DNA of 64,000 nucleotides, from positions 16,060,001 through 16,124,000 of the forward strand of contig CM052818.1 in NCBI GenBank assembly GCA_028534125.1, written 5' to 3'. Position numbers and translations under genes: made by a program. The stretch comes from Lama glama (lineage: Eukaryota). Below the pieces are notes generated by a model, which had not been told where the DNA came from, did not search any database, and saw nothing but the letters and a program-made list of their open reading frames with translations. Below, piece by piece: positions 12,900 through 26,063 of the stretch (the first letter of the stretch is position 1; the number at the start of each line of letters is the position of its first letter).

Positions 12900-13390
12900 T
12901 AGAAGACAAACAGATATGCAGTTTGAGAAAAAGAAGAGCATCAGTACTTAAAGTTCAAAAATTAGAAACGTGAGTTTTCAAAATAAGGGAAAGATACAAC
13001 AGAAAAAAATTATCATAGATATAATACAAAATGATGTTCCAAACTTAAAGAACAATTGACATTCCCAACATATAACCAGTAATGAAATAACAGTAATGAA
13101 AAAGATATACCTAAACATATTATTTTCAAAATCAAAAATTATAGAGTATTAATAAAAAACTCTATCAACAATCAAACATGAAAATGAAATAAATAAGCCA
13201 AAAAACCAGTCCAGCATCAAATGTTACCAGCGACACTTGATATCAAAAGCCAACAGATTAATCCCCTTAAAAGTACTATCAGAAGTCAATATTCAACATT
13301 AAAATCAGTACCCAAGTAAAATTTTCACTCAAATATGAAGATACAAGAAATATATTTTAAAATGTGCAACAACTATGAATATCTCAAACA
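12900..13390 (+). mobile_element. Ancient L1/HAL1 ORF1 C-terminal fragment
   Basis: A-rich text with 'atacctaaacatattatt' (PKHII) and 'tacccaagtaaaattttcactcaaatatgaag' (YPxKLSFKYE-like). Confidence 0.55.
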
Positions 13391-13600
13391 AATTAAAATT
13401 TTTTTTGTTTAGGTTTCTCTAGCACAGGTTTTACTTGATATCAATCACATTCCTCAATTTAAAGTGTATCATAATCATGTATACTTATTTTTTTTATATG
13501 TTTGATTGGTGATTTGGGGCATACTTTAACCCCACTGTAATCCTATTTTCTCTCTACATTGTATATATAAATATAGCCATGCTTATGTTTTAAAAATGGC

Positions 13601-13874
13601 CCTTCCTCACAAATGAGGCCCTAATCCAACAGGACTCTTATTCTCAGAAGAGGAGGAAGAAACCCCAAGAGTGTGTGCACAGAGGAAAGGCAAGGTAAGG
13701 AAACAGTGAGAAGGTGGCTGTTTGCAGGTCAGGAAAAAAGGCCTCACCAGAAAACAAAACTGCCAGAACCTTGATCTTGGATTTCCAACCTCAAAAACTG
13801 AGAGAATAAATTTCTGTTATTTAAGCCACTCGGTCTGTAGTATTCTGTTATGGCAGTCTGGGTAGACTAAAACA
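13601..13874 (+). mobile_element. MaLR LTR (MLT1A-like), 5' truncated
   Basis: 'gaaccttgatcttggatttccaacctc..aactgagagaataaatttctgttatttaagccac...tattctgttatggcagtctgggtagactaaaaca'. Confidence 0.9.
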
Positions 13875-13889
13875 CTAAGTAATACGATA

Positions 13890-14346
13890 CTTACACTACA
13901 TTGTCTAACAAAAAGGCTTGTATCCAAAATATAAAAATAATTCTTACAAGTCAAAAAGTGAAAGATGGACGATCTCATTTGAAATGGTTAAAATACTTAG
14001 ACACTTCATAAAAGACAACATTCAAGTAACCAATAAGCATTTGAAAAGATACTCAGCATATTTAGCCATCAGGAAAGTTGAAATTAAAAACAGTGTTATC
14101 ACACTTCACAGTCATTAGAATGGTTAAGATTTAAAAGTCTGCAGTCCCAAATATTGCCCAGTATTTGGAATAACTGAGACTCTCATCTACTGATAGTGGA
14201 ATTGCAAAATGGTACAGTACTTTGCATAGGTTTGGCAATATCTATTAAAGTAAGCTGAACATACAAGTCATTTATTATCTACGAATTTTACTTCTAGGTA
14301 TATGCCTATGCCACCAAAAGACACATACAAGAATGTTCAGAACAAC
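13890..14346 (+). mobile_element. Old L1 ORF2 3' fragment
   Basis: The ORF at 13918 contains RHFIKDNIQVTNKHLKRYSAYLAIRKVEIK, matching the ORF2p C-terminal segment RHFSKEDIQMANKHMKRCSTSLxIREMQIK. Confidence 0.85.
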
Positions 14347-14672
14347 AGTTGGGGAAGAAGAAATTTTCCTCTACTCATCTAGATCCTTCTGACCGGTCTA
14401 AGAATTAAATTGGCATGAGACAGATTAACAAGAGAAACTCAAACAAAAGTTTAGTAACATGTATACATGGGAGAGACCCAGGAGAACTGAGTAACTTGCA
14501 AAGATGGGCAAATCCCTCACCTTAAATATCATCCTCAGCTAAAGACAAAGAGAGGATTTTGAGGATGAGGAGATCCAGTTATGTATGGAAGGTTATCAGG
14601 AAAAATACAGTAAACAAAGGTAAGGTTGTTATGCAGATTTAAGTCATTGCCTTCTCCACTAATAAGAGTTTG
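14347..14672 (-). mobile_element. ERV1 LTR fragment (MER34-like)
   Basis: Its reverse-strand end 'ttaatctgtctcatgccaatttaattcttagacc...ttcttccccaac' resembles the end of the LTR at 33991-34491. Confidence 0.7.
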
Positions 14673-15406
14673 TATATACATACCCATTCCCATATCCTGG
14701 ACATCTAGAATGTTTATTTTCTATTGTTCCTAGCACACGGTCTTTTTGCATTTTCTCTGGGATATGTGGCCTGAAGTGGCATGTACTCCAAAAAAATGTA
14801 TAGAAAGAAGGAAAAAATTCAAAAACAATACAAGATATAATATTCAAAGAGAAAAAATATAAAATCAATACTAAAGGAACTGTAGTCTATATGCTGTTTA
14901 TACAGCAAACTGTTCATATTCACAAACATTTAAATAATTTATTAATTTTCAACATTAAAATCAGTTTATGAACAAATAGATGACTTAAAATGATTATAGA
15001 ACAGAATCCACATGCTATGTATCATGTGTTATGTATGTTATGTATCTTTATAATGTGGAGGTAAAATAAAGAGATCAGTGTGTGAGCTTTAGAAAATCTG
15101 GAAATAAAAAGAAGAGAATTTTTCTGTCTTCAACCTAATAAAGGAGAATCCAAGAGAAAATATCTGTATTTAATGAAACTAGAAGTAAGGTTTATATACT
15201 TAGGTAAAGGTTAAAGCTACTAATGTTCACAGTATTATAATCTTTAATGTGGTGAACAACCACGTTGAAGAGAACGAAGTTGGTAATCCTATGAGTGACT
15301 AAGAATGCAAAAATGTATGACAAATCCCCATCTTTCATAATAGGAGTGGATTATATAATATGTAAAATATGTTAATCAATGATCTTAGTAAAACATAATT
15401 TAGAGA

Positions 15407-16328
15407 TGTGGCGGCCCTAATTCCAGTTCATCGTGGGGGAGGGATTTCGCATTACCACCAAGCAATTGTCAGACACCAGCAGGGTGTCCGAGAATTCAAC
15501 TCAGTTCTCACACTACCTATCCAGAGAAAAGCATCAGATTCCAAAGTTTAAGAGTTTGATCCTATAATACTGCCCTCACCTCAGCTGCACCCCTGTCCCA
15601 ACTTCTGATACGAGTCACAAGCCTACGTTATCACCTGTGATTCTGAACTATTGGCTATACAATGATGGCTCCAACGACCTCCTGCAACTCAGGATGCCAA
15701 CTGCAAGTCCAGGTTATCAACTGTATTTCTGACCAATTAGCTATAGATCAGAGGTCCCTATGACCTTCTTCTTGGGTTTGATTAATTTACTATAAAGCAG
15801 CTCAGAGAACTCAGAGAAACATTTTACTTACCAGATTACAGATTTATTATAAAAGATTTAACTCAGGAACAACCAGATAGGAGAGATACATACAGCAAAG
15901 CATGGGGGAAGGGCACAGAGCTTCCATTTCCTTTCTCTAGGCAAGCCACTGTCTCAGCACCTCCACGTGCTCACCAACTCAGAAGCTCTCTGAATCCCTT
16001 CCTTTTGGGGGTTTTTAAGGAGGCTTAATTACATAGGCATGATTGATTAACTCATTGGCTGTTGGTGATTAATTCAACCTCTAGTCCCTGCCCTCTTCCC
16101 AGAGGGCAAGGGGTAGGAGAGAAAGTTCCAAACATCTAGTCACAGTGTTGGCTCCACTGGCAACCAGCCCCTATCCTTACATGCTTTCCAAAAGTCACCT
16201 CATTAACACAACAAAAGACACCTTCATTTTTCTCTTCACATAGGAAATTCCCAGGGTTTTAACAGCTCTATGCCAGAAATAAGATGAAGACCAAATATAT
16301 ATTTCTTGTTATAAATCACAATATCATG
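15407..16328 (-). mobile_element. MER21-like solo LTR, near full length
   Basis: 'cagacaccagcagggtgtccgagaattcaactcagttct', 'ttgggtttgattaattt...gcagctcagagaactcagagaaaca' and the end 'tataaatcacaatatca'. Confidence 0.85.
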
Positions 16329-16539
16329 GTAGAAGAATTTAACAGAGCTAAGAGAGTCAAAATTTGATCCCATTTTGGAACAGAACAGGGAATGCAAAAC
16401 AAAACAAAACAAAAACAGGTAAGGTTTGTTTTACTTGCGAAACTTTCTGTATGATTTAATATTTTCAATTGTATGCATTTTACTTTGATTATTAAAAAGC
16501 TATTTATATTGTTGCTTGCCAACTATTCTTGCACATAAA

Positions 16540-17090
16540 TAGCATAAATGGTAAATCTATTTGGTACACAGTTTAGTAAAAACTATTTGAATTAAAACAT
16601 AGATACTCTTTGACCCAGCCATTTCACTAATAGAAATTCATCATACAGATGTTTTTGCATGAAAGCAAAAGGTATGCATATGAATAGTCACTGTAGTGCT
16701 CCAGTAAAGGATAAATATCCTTCAATAGAAACTCATTAAATGATTTTGCTACACACATGCATTGGATTACTCTTTCTTATTTTAACCTCTCCATATCGTT
16801 TTGAATTATTTCAAGATTTATTGTTATTATATTAGGTGAGTAAAGGTGCAGAACATTATTACAGCATAGTCTAATGTACACAAAATAAGCTTATTATGAA
16901 TATACATATGAATACACAGCACTTACATGCAAAACAATTTTGGGTGAGAAGAATTGAGAAGTAATTGCTTCAGAGAATGACACTGTGATGAGTGTGGTAA
17001 GATAGAGGAATTTGGTGGGGGAAGGAGTGGATTCCCTCTGCAGTGTTCAAATTATTACTCTGAAAATGAATTATGTTTCCTATTAAACAG
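16540..17090 (+). mobile_element. Ancient L1ME-like 3' fragment
   Basis: 'atactctttgacccagccatttcactaatagaaatt' (decayed PFDPAIPLLGI). Confidence 0.65.
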
Positions 17091-17759
17091 TAGTTAAAAA
17101 CAACTTAAGAATAACTTATTTATCATTGTATATTTGGGCTATGTAACTCAATTCTTTGTATGCAGTAGATGCTCAATAATGGCTGATTATATAAATTCCA
17201 AATGAAACATGCTGGCAGAGTCAGTCATGTTACAGAAACGGAGTCTCATATACTTAGGCTGAGGAATTCAGCAGTAATTTCCTGTCTAAAACATCCTTTC
17301 ACCTAGGTAGTAGTTAACCAACATTAAATGCCTTAAGAACTAATTGAAAGGATAGCTGAGGCCCTTGTTAGAGAGCATGTGTCTGTGAATTTCACTGTAA
17401 TTAAGCTTAATGAGGCTATTACCTCTCTGTGTCCTCAGTGTCATATTACTGGCCAGAGGACACCAAGGCTGCTGTAGTTCTGCTCAATTTGAATCAAGAT
17501 TACTCTTTTCTAGGTATAAATTTCATTAGGGTCAGAAACATAATGGGAAAGGACATAAAGGCAAGGAGAGAGTCATTTTTTTTCTCCTCAACTTTTTTTC
17601 TAAATACTGATTTGTGGTCTTTTCACTCTACATTCCTCTCAAAACGAGGTTGGTTCATCACTCTTACCTCTCAAAACCAGGGGTCACACTATAATTCCTA
17701 AGCCCATTACCTTTACCTATTGCAGAGACAAAACCGACGTATTTGTTGGAGTTATAAAT

Positions 17760-17945
17760 GGCAGTAAAATAGTGGTTAAGAGAATAAGCCTTAATCACAG
17801 TTTGATGACCTGGTTTTGAATGTTAGCTCCATCAATTACCAGCTGAAAAATTTTAGCAAGGTATTTAACCTCTCAGAGTCTTCATTTACTCCTTTGTCTG
17901 ATGTTGAAAACAATGCCTAAGCCAACAGACCTGTGGTAACAAATA
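17760..17945 (+). mobile_element. MIR SINE
   Basis: 'tagtggttaagaga...gacctggttttgaatgttagctccatcaattaccagctg...gcaaggtatttaacctctcagagtctt'. Confidence 0.8.
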
Positions 17946-19733
17946 CAGTTTTTGAACAGGTTGTCTTCACAGGGTTTTGAAATATTGGGTATATATAAAC
18001 TGCAATCAGACATCAAAAAGAACACCTTTTCTCAGCCAGAAAATAAATTTGTAGCTTCTTTTAGGAAAGTGGTATTTCATAATTTTAAAACAATTTAAAG
18101 AGTAGGGTTGGCAGGATGATCTTTCTTGGGAGAATTACCATACATTCTAGTGGTTACTGTCTTATAATAAGCTTAGAAATAGAGAAATAATAAGCTTGAG
18201 AAAGATACTAAAGATTCTATAAGAAATCCCTAGGTTTTGTGTACCATATTTTCTTCCATGTGCCAGGCAAGTATATGCATTACCCAGAAAATCCATAAAA
18301 GCAGAAAATTCGCTTAAAGCTGTCAAGCAACAGAGAAATAAAAATTTTGGTGACCAAAACTTCTTGGGAAGCTTTCCTCAAAGCATCAATTATGTGAACT
18401 CACTCCTGGATTACAAACAGGAAGTTACTTTCTGTTTCTGACTGTTGTATTGCTTGTTTGGTACACTCATTAATTCAAAAAATGTTCATTGAGTACTTAC
18501 CTTCTCTTTGCCTAATCCTCAATCATAAAGAAAACATAAGTGATTCTTAACATCGTGCAGCTCTCATTCTACAGGGAGAAAGAGACAATAAACAGGTAAA
18601 TATCTGAATAAATCTACAAAGACTGGTTGTAATAGATGATATGCACTCAAAAATCAGAGCTTCACGGCAGAGAGCATGACAGCTATGATGGGATGCATTG
18701 TTATCTATGTAGAGAAGGTTTTTACATAAAAGTTACTCTGAACTGAGCTCAATTTACTCTCTCTAAACTCATATGAATTAAAAATGCCTTATATTGTTAA
18801 AAATTACCCAAGCTATGTAGTTTTGTAATCATTCATTTCATAAAAAGAAATGAGTACTTTTCAGCCCAACTTTTCAAATTCTTATTTTTTAAAGCCACTA
18901 AATTAAAATTCAGTGTACCAAGAGCTCTCAGCCTTCTTTCACTGTAAATGATTGAAGTTCCATCTGTCAATATGCACCGTCACTGATTTTGTTTTAAATC
19001 CTCACATAATGACTAGATGCCAAAATCTTTCAACTGACTAATAACACTTAAAAATTAAAAGCAAATGTTAGAAGTGGTGGTTTTAAACTACTCATTTATT
19101 TATGTTTTTCCAAGAAATGTTCCTGTTTGATACATTGCTGGCAAACAAAACAACAACAACAAAACTTAGGTCCACGGAATTGACAGTGACAAATCTAATT
19201 GCCGATCTGAACTCCCTACCCAGCAGAAGATGGCAACTTGCAGCTATTTTATAGAATCCCTCAGCTGGTCCATTATTTGCTGGTAAATCAAGCTCTAAAT
19301 TGTTGATTTTTTGTTTTTGACAAGGTCTTCAATATTGCTACTCCATACTTTTTAAAAGGCTTACTTAAACATAACAAAACATGAAGGCCAAATGAAAGGC
19401 AGCAAGGCTACTGGATTATAGCTTTGATTCCCTCCAACAAACAATTAGCTGTATTTGTCCTAGAAAGCTCAATGAATCATCTGAGTATGTACTAAAGAAT
19501 TCCTATTCCCACCTCCTCCTTCCTTCCTGTCATCTACTACTAATTCGAAGAATTTAACCTTTTCTATTACCTTGTTTTGAGCATTTACTGCTTTCTACAC
19601 CCCAAATCTGAGGTATTATGAGGCAGAAAAGATTTCTTAATTATCCAACACCCCTCCCTCAGTAAGACCACAGACATGCTTGTTTTCTTGTCTGTTGTTC
19701 TGTGGTTGTCTGTAATTCAGGGGTTGGCACTTT

Positions 19734-19898
19734 TAAAAAAAAATTGGGGGAGGGGTAATTAGGTTCATTTATTTATTTTTAATAGAGGTACTGGGCATTG
19801 ACCCCAGGACCTTGTGCATGCTAAGCTATACTATATCTCTATCTCTATCTCTATCTATCTATATATATACATACACATTAAGCTATACTCTCCCCCCT
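19734..19898 (-). mobile_element. Camelid tRNA-derived SINE (vic-1-like) with an internal microsatellite
   Basis: Perfect 13-bp TSD gggttggcacttt at 19721-19733 and 19899-19911. The reverse strand carries a B-box-like 'gtcctggggtcaatgcccagtacctc' and a (TAAA)n tail. Confidence 0.92.
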
Positions 19899-20699
19899 GG
19901 GTTGGCACTTTCGATCATACATTTTCCTGATTGTTTTTGTCCAAGTCTGTGATTTTTATTCATTTCAGAATGAAAGCTTATATGAGTAAATAGTTTTGTT
20001 ACCAGAAGAATCTTGAAGGCTTTTGAAAGACTTCTAAAGTAGTCAAATCCATTTTAGGATTCAATTGCTCTAACTTCCAAGGTTAAAGCCCCATTTCTCA
20101 CAGGCACAACTTTGCTACATCAGAACACACAGGGCCTGAGAACTAGTGACTTATTATGGTATTGATTTTAGCCTTGCTTGGTTTTCTATATGGAGCTTTA
20201 CAATTCTTATCAAGTGTATAAAAATAAATCAAAATAAACTTCCCGGAGCAACAATAAAAATTAAACAATATTTTTAATAAAATCAGACAGCTACTGACAC
20301 TTTCCATCTCTACTATATTAATAATATACAAATGGGTTAAACTTTCTGTAATGTCAAATTAATGATATGCATGTGTAGAAGTATTTTCATTTCACATCCC
20401 ATGAAATCTCAAAAAGTATTCTTTTTGTCATTGTTATGATATATAGTATTGTTTTACCATCCACCTATAACCAAGAGATTAGTGGTTAAAATGATAAAGA
20501 AGGCAGTTATATTAATTATTTTATAATTGTAGTGAATATCTGAAGTTATTCCATGATGAAGCACTTACAAAGGTAAATATTTTTTAAAAATGTTATGGAT
20601 CTTCTTTCTGTTTCATATACTGTTTATTTACCTCAGTTGTCTAAAGATTCTGTAAACATTATGTTAACTGTAACTATATTTTTATTTAGGCCATATTTT

Positions 20700-22130
20700 A
20701 TATTTTGAATAGATAATTAGTATAAAAAAACAAAGCAGTATAAAAAGGTATACCAGACGTTTTGCTCTAATCTATCTTATTTCATCACATCCATTACCCT
20801 ACATAACCGTTTTTTGTTTTTTGTGTATTTTCCCAATGTTTCTTTATGTAAATTCTAAGAATACTAATATACTTTTCTGCCTTTGTTATACATTGTACTA
20901 ATTTTTTTTTAATTTAAGAATATATTCTAGAGATCATTTAATATCAGGACAGAGAATTTCCTCATTTTTTAAATCCTGCATAGTACTTTGATGTGTAGTT
21001 GTACCCTAAATTTTAATTTGCTTTGAAATTCTAGAAAATGCATCGATGATACACTGAAAAAGATGCCACATGATTATTCTTATGCTTTTATTTATTTTGC
21101 ACATGTTCAGGTATATCTATAGATCTACCAAAGTGAGACTGCAGAATCAAAGGATGATGCATTTGGCTTTTTTTTTTTTAATTGAGTTACAGTCAGTTTA
21201 CAATGTTTTGACAGTTTCTGGTGTACAGCACAAGGACAATGCATTTGTAATTTCAATGTTACAAATTTTCCTGCACAGGAGTTTTTTCATCTTCACCTTC
21301 TTGCCAGCATGAGAGTACATTTTCTCCACTGTCCTATCAACAGACTGTGTGGTCAACCTTTTGGATTTTTACATGTATCTTATTTGGAGTGAAGTTAAAG
21401 ATCTTTCCATCTGCTTAAGAACCAATTACATCTTTTTTTTCTTTTTTCCTGAGGACTATGTACATACTTCATTCTTTTATATAATGAGCTTTTAGTCTTT
21501 TTATTATAGATTACTTGGGGGTCTCCCCCTGTAAGATTATTAATCTTTATTCCTGTGTAAAATCTTCATTTAATTCCTATAACATTTTTCAGTCTTTTAT
21601 TCCTATTCTGATTTTGCCGTAATAGTTTTTGCTATGTGCAGAAATGTTTCTTTTTAAAGTACTTATGGTTTATTTGTCAGATTATAATTTTGTGATTTCC
21701 AGGTTTTAGTTCATGATGCTTTCCTACTGCAAGATTATAAAATGATTCACTCATATTTTCCTCAAGCCCATGCATAGTTTTATTTTTTTACACTTAAATC
21801 TTTTATTAATTCGGAGTTTACATTTGTCTTGAGATATCGATCTAAATTCTCCAGTCCAATTTAACTCAAATCATTTATTCATAAATTCATATTAACTCCA
21901 CTAAAGTGAGATACTGCCTTTCTTAAATACAAAATTTCATATTCATTTGGGTTATTCCTAGTCTTCCTCTTGTATTCATTTGGTCTATATATATGTATTC
22001 ATTCTTTACTACCATACTATTTAAATTATTGTGATTTATCTTTGAGACTTCCTGAATATTCTTGCTCATTTATTTTTTTCCAGAAGTGCTTTAGAATTTG
22101 CAAACAATTTTAGAGGCCAGCCTTTTGTCT
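20700..22130 (-). mobile_element. Ancient L1ME-like 3' region
   Basis: T-rich degenerate antisense L1 text, for example 'ccagcatgagagtacattttctcca' and 'taccatactattttaaattattgtgattta'. Confidence 0.6.
21166..21231 (-). mobile_element. Extremely 5'-truncated young L1 (about 66 bp)
   Basis: Poly-T followed by 'aattgagttacagtcagtttacaatgtt..tttctggtgtacagcac', as in the L1 end at 51197. TSD aagga(tg/ca)atgcatttg at 21150-21165 and 21232-21247. Confidence 0.85.
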
Positions 22131-23849
22131 AAATCTAATTATTGAATCGTAGCTATTTATATTGTGGATTTTCTTATTCTTCTAGAGTCAGGCTTTTATT
22201 TTCCCAGATGCTCTTCAACATTTCCAAATTTGGTGACTAAGACATTAATATCATCTACCTGTGTGCTCCTTTTTACTTTTGAAAGTAACTTTGTCTCCGT
22301 CCTTCTGATCGTGTGATCTGGCAGCTAAAAATCTTCCATGACTCTCCATAGTATTTGGAGTCCAAACTATCCAACCTGTCATACAAAGACCTCCAAAGCT
22401 CTCTAGCCTCTGCACATACTGTGCACCCACTCTCTACCCATAGGGATTTATCTGTGATTCTACGACAGTACCTCATCTCATACAGGATGTTGGGAAAAAA
22501 ACACCTTATCTCGTTATTCTTCAAGAGTCTGTCTCTAGTGTTTTTTGGAGCCCTCAGGTAAGGCATCAGCTCTTCAGTGCAGTTTTCTCTAGCTCTCCAG
22601 TCTGATCCAGGTACCTCTTACCTACGCACGCTCAGCTTCCAGAATATATCTCACATACACCTCTCATATAGCTCCCATCAAAGTTTGATGCAAATGATTA
22701 TTTTAAGCCTTCACCATGTTTCTCAAGTATATGATTTTGTCTTAATGTGTGCATATTCTCATGGAACAAACATTGTAGATGCCAAAAAAATAATGCAATG
22801 CCTTTTCAGTTAATTAGTTAATGTCATATAATCCTTGCAATAGATGAGACATGGTCTTAATTTGTCATTAATTGGGATCTCAAATGTCAAACTCACCTAA
22901 ATATCACGATATTGATGGCAGACTTGAGATAGCACCCAAGATCCTTGGTAGGAAGTTTAGTTTATTTCCATCATAACACAATAGACTGTTCATGCAAATC
23001 CTCCACCAAGGCTGAGGTGGATGACTACATGGGAGTATGTGCCAACATGTGGTGTGAAGAGCAAGCCTGACCTATGTGTACAGACTTACAGAGTGGTGTT
23101 AGTTTTAAACCCACTTCCCACATGTAAGATTATAACGTGCTTGATAATATAGATGGATTATAAAGGGAGAGCCATATGTAAGACCATGTGGTTAATAATG
23201 CCTAAGTATGTAACTAAAGATTAAATCTCCTTCAGAGAAGTACAAATTCCTTTTAGCAGGTTGAATAAAGTTACCTCTAGCAGTAATTCAAGAAAGGCTA
23301 AGATTGTTTGTGTAATCTTAGTAGGGAAAGGTTAAGTATGACATCTAAGTCATAAAGTATAAAGGAAAAGTACAATTTGACTTCCTGAAGTAAAACATCT
23401 GTATGTGAAAAATAGCATAATCTTGCCTTGTAATCTAAAGAGAAAATACTTATATGACAAAAGATCTATGTATTTCTATAAGTAACTCACATATCAATAT
23501 GAAAATTATTTTAAAAATCTATCTTGATATTATAATAGGCATAGGACATTCCCAGATAATTCAAATCACTAAATTGCACCAGTAATCATAGATACATACA
23601 AAAAAGAAAAAGTTGTGTGCACTGTAGTAGAGTAAAATACATACACATAATACAAAGAAAAGACAGCTTTTCTTCCTTACTATTGATTTAATTTTCCCCA
23701 ATCCTCCACTTCTCTTAATACTAGGAAAATGCTAACTTTACAATTTAAAATATTCTCACTGTTTGTGAATATAAACAGTCTTAAGTCTTGGCAAAAGTAT
23801 GAATGCACGCTCTCTCTGGAATTCTTTTTTCCATAGCCCTTTCTCACTT

Positions 23850-24170
23850 CAACTAATTAATCCATCCTTTCATTCATCCTGCAGATGTTGGCTTGATTGA
23901 CATTTCTTCAGGGAAACATATCTTGTCCTTCAACTAGATAAATTCTCTGCTAAATGTTCTTATAGAGTGCTTCTCTGTTTTCATAGTACATATTAAAGTG
24001 TAACTAGCTGAGTAATCACCTTTCCCCCCTTTAGACTGTGTTTCCATCTACAGGGCTGAGTCTGTGTCTATTTTCTTACTTTAAAATAGACCCATTTGCC
24101 CTAGTGCCTAGCATGTGCCTTGGCTCAAGACTGTCATCCATTAAACATTATTTAAATGATCAAATAAACA
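23850..24170 (+). mobile_element. L2 LINE 3' end
   Basis: 'ttagactgtg...cagggctgagtctgtgtctatttt...ccctagtgcctagcatgtgccttggc...aaatgatcaaataaa'. Confidence 0.7.
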
Positions 24171-25572
24171 AGAGTCCTTGAGTAGTAGAAGCATAAGGCG
24201 GTATAAAATCCTTGAAGATAAAAGTGAATACACCTTTTGACCTACCACTCATTCATAGTGATGAATGTGCTACCCACGGATAAATGTAATTTCAACAAGC
24301 ATTATCTATAATAGTGCAAATCAGAAACAATATAAATGTCCAACAACAGGGAATTGCTAAAATAAATTATTGCACTTTAATAGAACACTCTATAAAATAT
24401 TCTTTAAAGTAGTATGAAAGAATAGTTTTAGGTGTGGAAAAACAATCACTATAAAGTCCTAAATGAAGAAGAAAAGCAGATTTTGTACATGATATTTAGA
24501 AGTTTTAAAAGAAAGGTACACACACGCATACAAATATTTTCAAAGCCATAATGTGTGAATTTTATGTCTAGAGGATTTCTTCCTTATGTGCATTTTTATG
24601 TTTATTTCTTGAATAGAACATGTATTCATTTTTTAACAATATTTTTATACTGAAAAGGGAAAATTAAAAGTAATGCTGGGTCTGATAATGGGGAAATTAT
24701 TATGTTTTTAAAGTTATATTACCCTTTAAAATCTGGTAAATCAGTACTGTATGATAAAAATAACCAGGAAAAAATTGACATACTAGGAGAAAAAAGTGTC
24801 AGTGTGTTTCAGAATCTCTGCATTTGGTATATCTAGCTAAAAATTCATAAACATAAACATTTTTTCCTACCTGAGACAACAAATTTGTAGAAAATAATCT
24901 AATGGATTCAAAAGGTAAATATATTTTCAAAAAGCTTTGTCTAATACAAAGGCTGCATCAGGCAATGCTTCACTACTAGACAAATTGGGCTTTGTGTCAA
25001 GGCTGGGTTAAAGAATCTGGAATTTAACTTTCTTATCCCAGCTCAGGAGTGGCCATGAATCAGAGGGCAAAGATCATGAGGATGAGTGAGCATCCGTTCT
25101 TTTGTCCTGATGTAAACACTAATTCTGACAGGGCAAAGTTGAAAGTTGAGGGTAGCCCAACCCTTCCTGAGTTCTTCACTCTTCTTGCTGAAGTCCTTTT
25201 CTCTACTGCCCACCACAAAGGAGGGCTGCTATTCTGGTGCACATGCCAGAAACTGCACCCCTGAGGTGTAACAGGGAAGGTGTGTGGTTGATTGCCTGCA
25301 GGTCTGACTATAGGATGTCTTCACAATTCATTAAAAATCGAGGCACATATCCAAGTTGAGCAAATCTACTATGAGACACCTTGTCACCTTAACCTATTTT
25401 TAGATTTATTATGGTAGGAAATAAAAGCAAAATTAAAATTTGCTATTTTGTTATATCTGTGATTTAAGAAAATGGGGTGAGGGGAAAGGAAAGAAAGTCA
25501 GTGTTTTGAGAGATGTTGGAGAGGAATTCGGAAAACTGTGGACTAGGAGTTACCTCTTGCATAAAATGCTCC

Positions 25573-26061
25573 ACTGACTGGCCTTTTCCTAGTCTCTCTC
25601 CCTTGCTTTGGGCCTCTCTATTCCCTGATTAAAAACAGTATCAAAATTAGGCCAATTAGTAATCCTACAATGGCCTCTAAGTGTACAAGTGAAAGAGTCA
25701 ATTAATGTGGCAAACTGCATTGCTGTCTTACTTTAAGAAATTGCCACAGACACCCTAACCTTTAGTAACCACCACTCTCTCTGATCAGTCTGTAGCTATC
25801 AACATTGAGGCAAGATTTTCCACCAACAAAAAGATTATAACTCACTGAAGGCTCAGATGATAATTAGATTTTTAGTAACACAGTGTTTTAAAATTAAGGT
25901 ATATATTTTGTTTTTTTAGACATAATACTATTGCACACTTAATAGATTACAGTATAGTATAAACATAACTTTTATATGCATTGGGAAACCAAAAGAATTA
26001 TGTGACTAGTTTTATTGTGGCAGTCTGGGGACAAATCCACAATGTCTCAGAGGTATGCCTG
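25573..26061 (+). mobile_element. Tigger1-derived non-autonomous DNA transposon, internally deleted and lacking its 5' end
   Basis: 'aaattaggccaattagtaatcctacaatggcctctaagtgt' (transposase start MASKC) is joined near 25700 to the Tigger1 3' region. The right TIR 'gaggtatgcctg' is followed by TA. Confidence 0.9.
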
Positions 26062-26063
26062 TA

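Noticed and set aside
19734..19898. tRNA gene
   Set aside because: The tRNA-like boxes belong to a TSD-flanked SINE with an AT-rich tail and a disrupted head.
25049..25264. Overlapping 71-aa and 60-aa ORFs in a locally GC-richer unique segment
   Set aside because: No recognisable homology and no paired splice sites.
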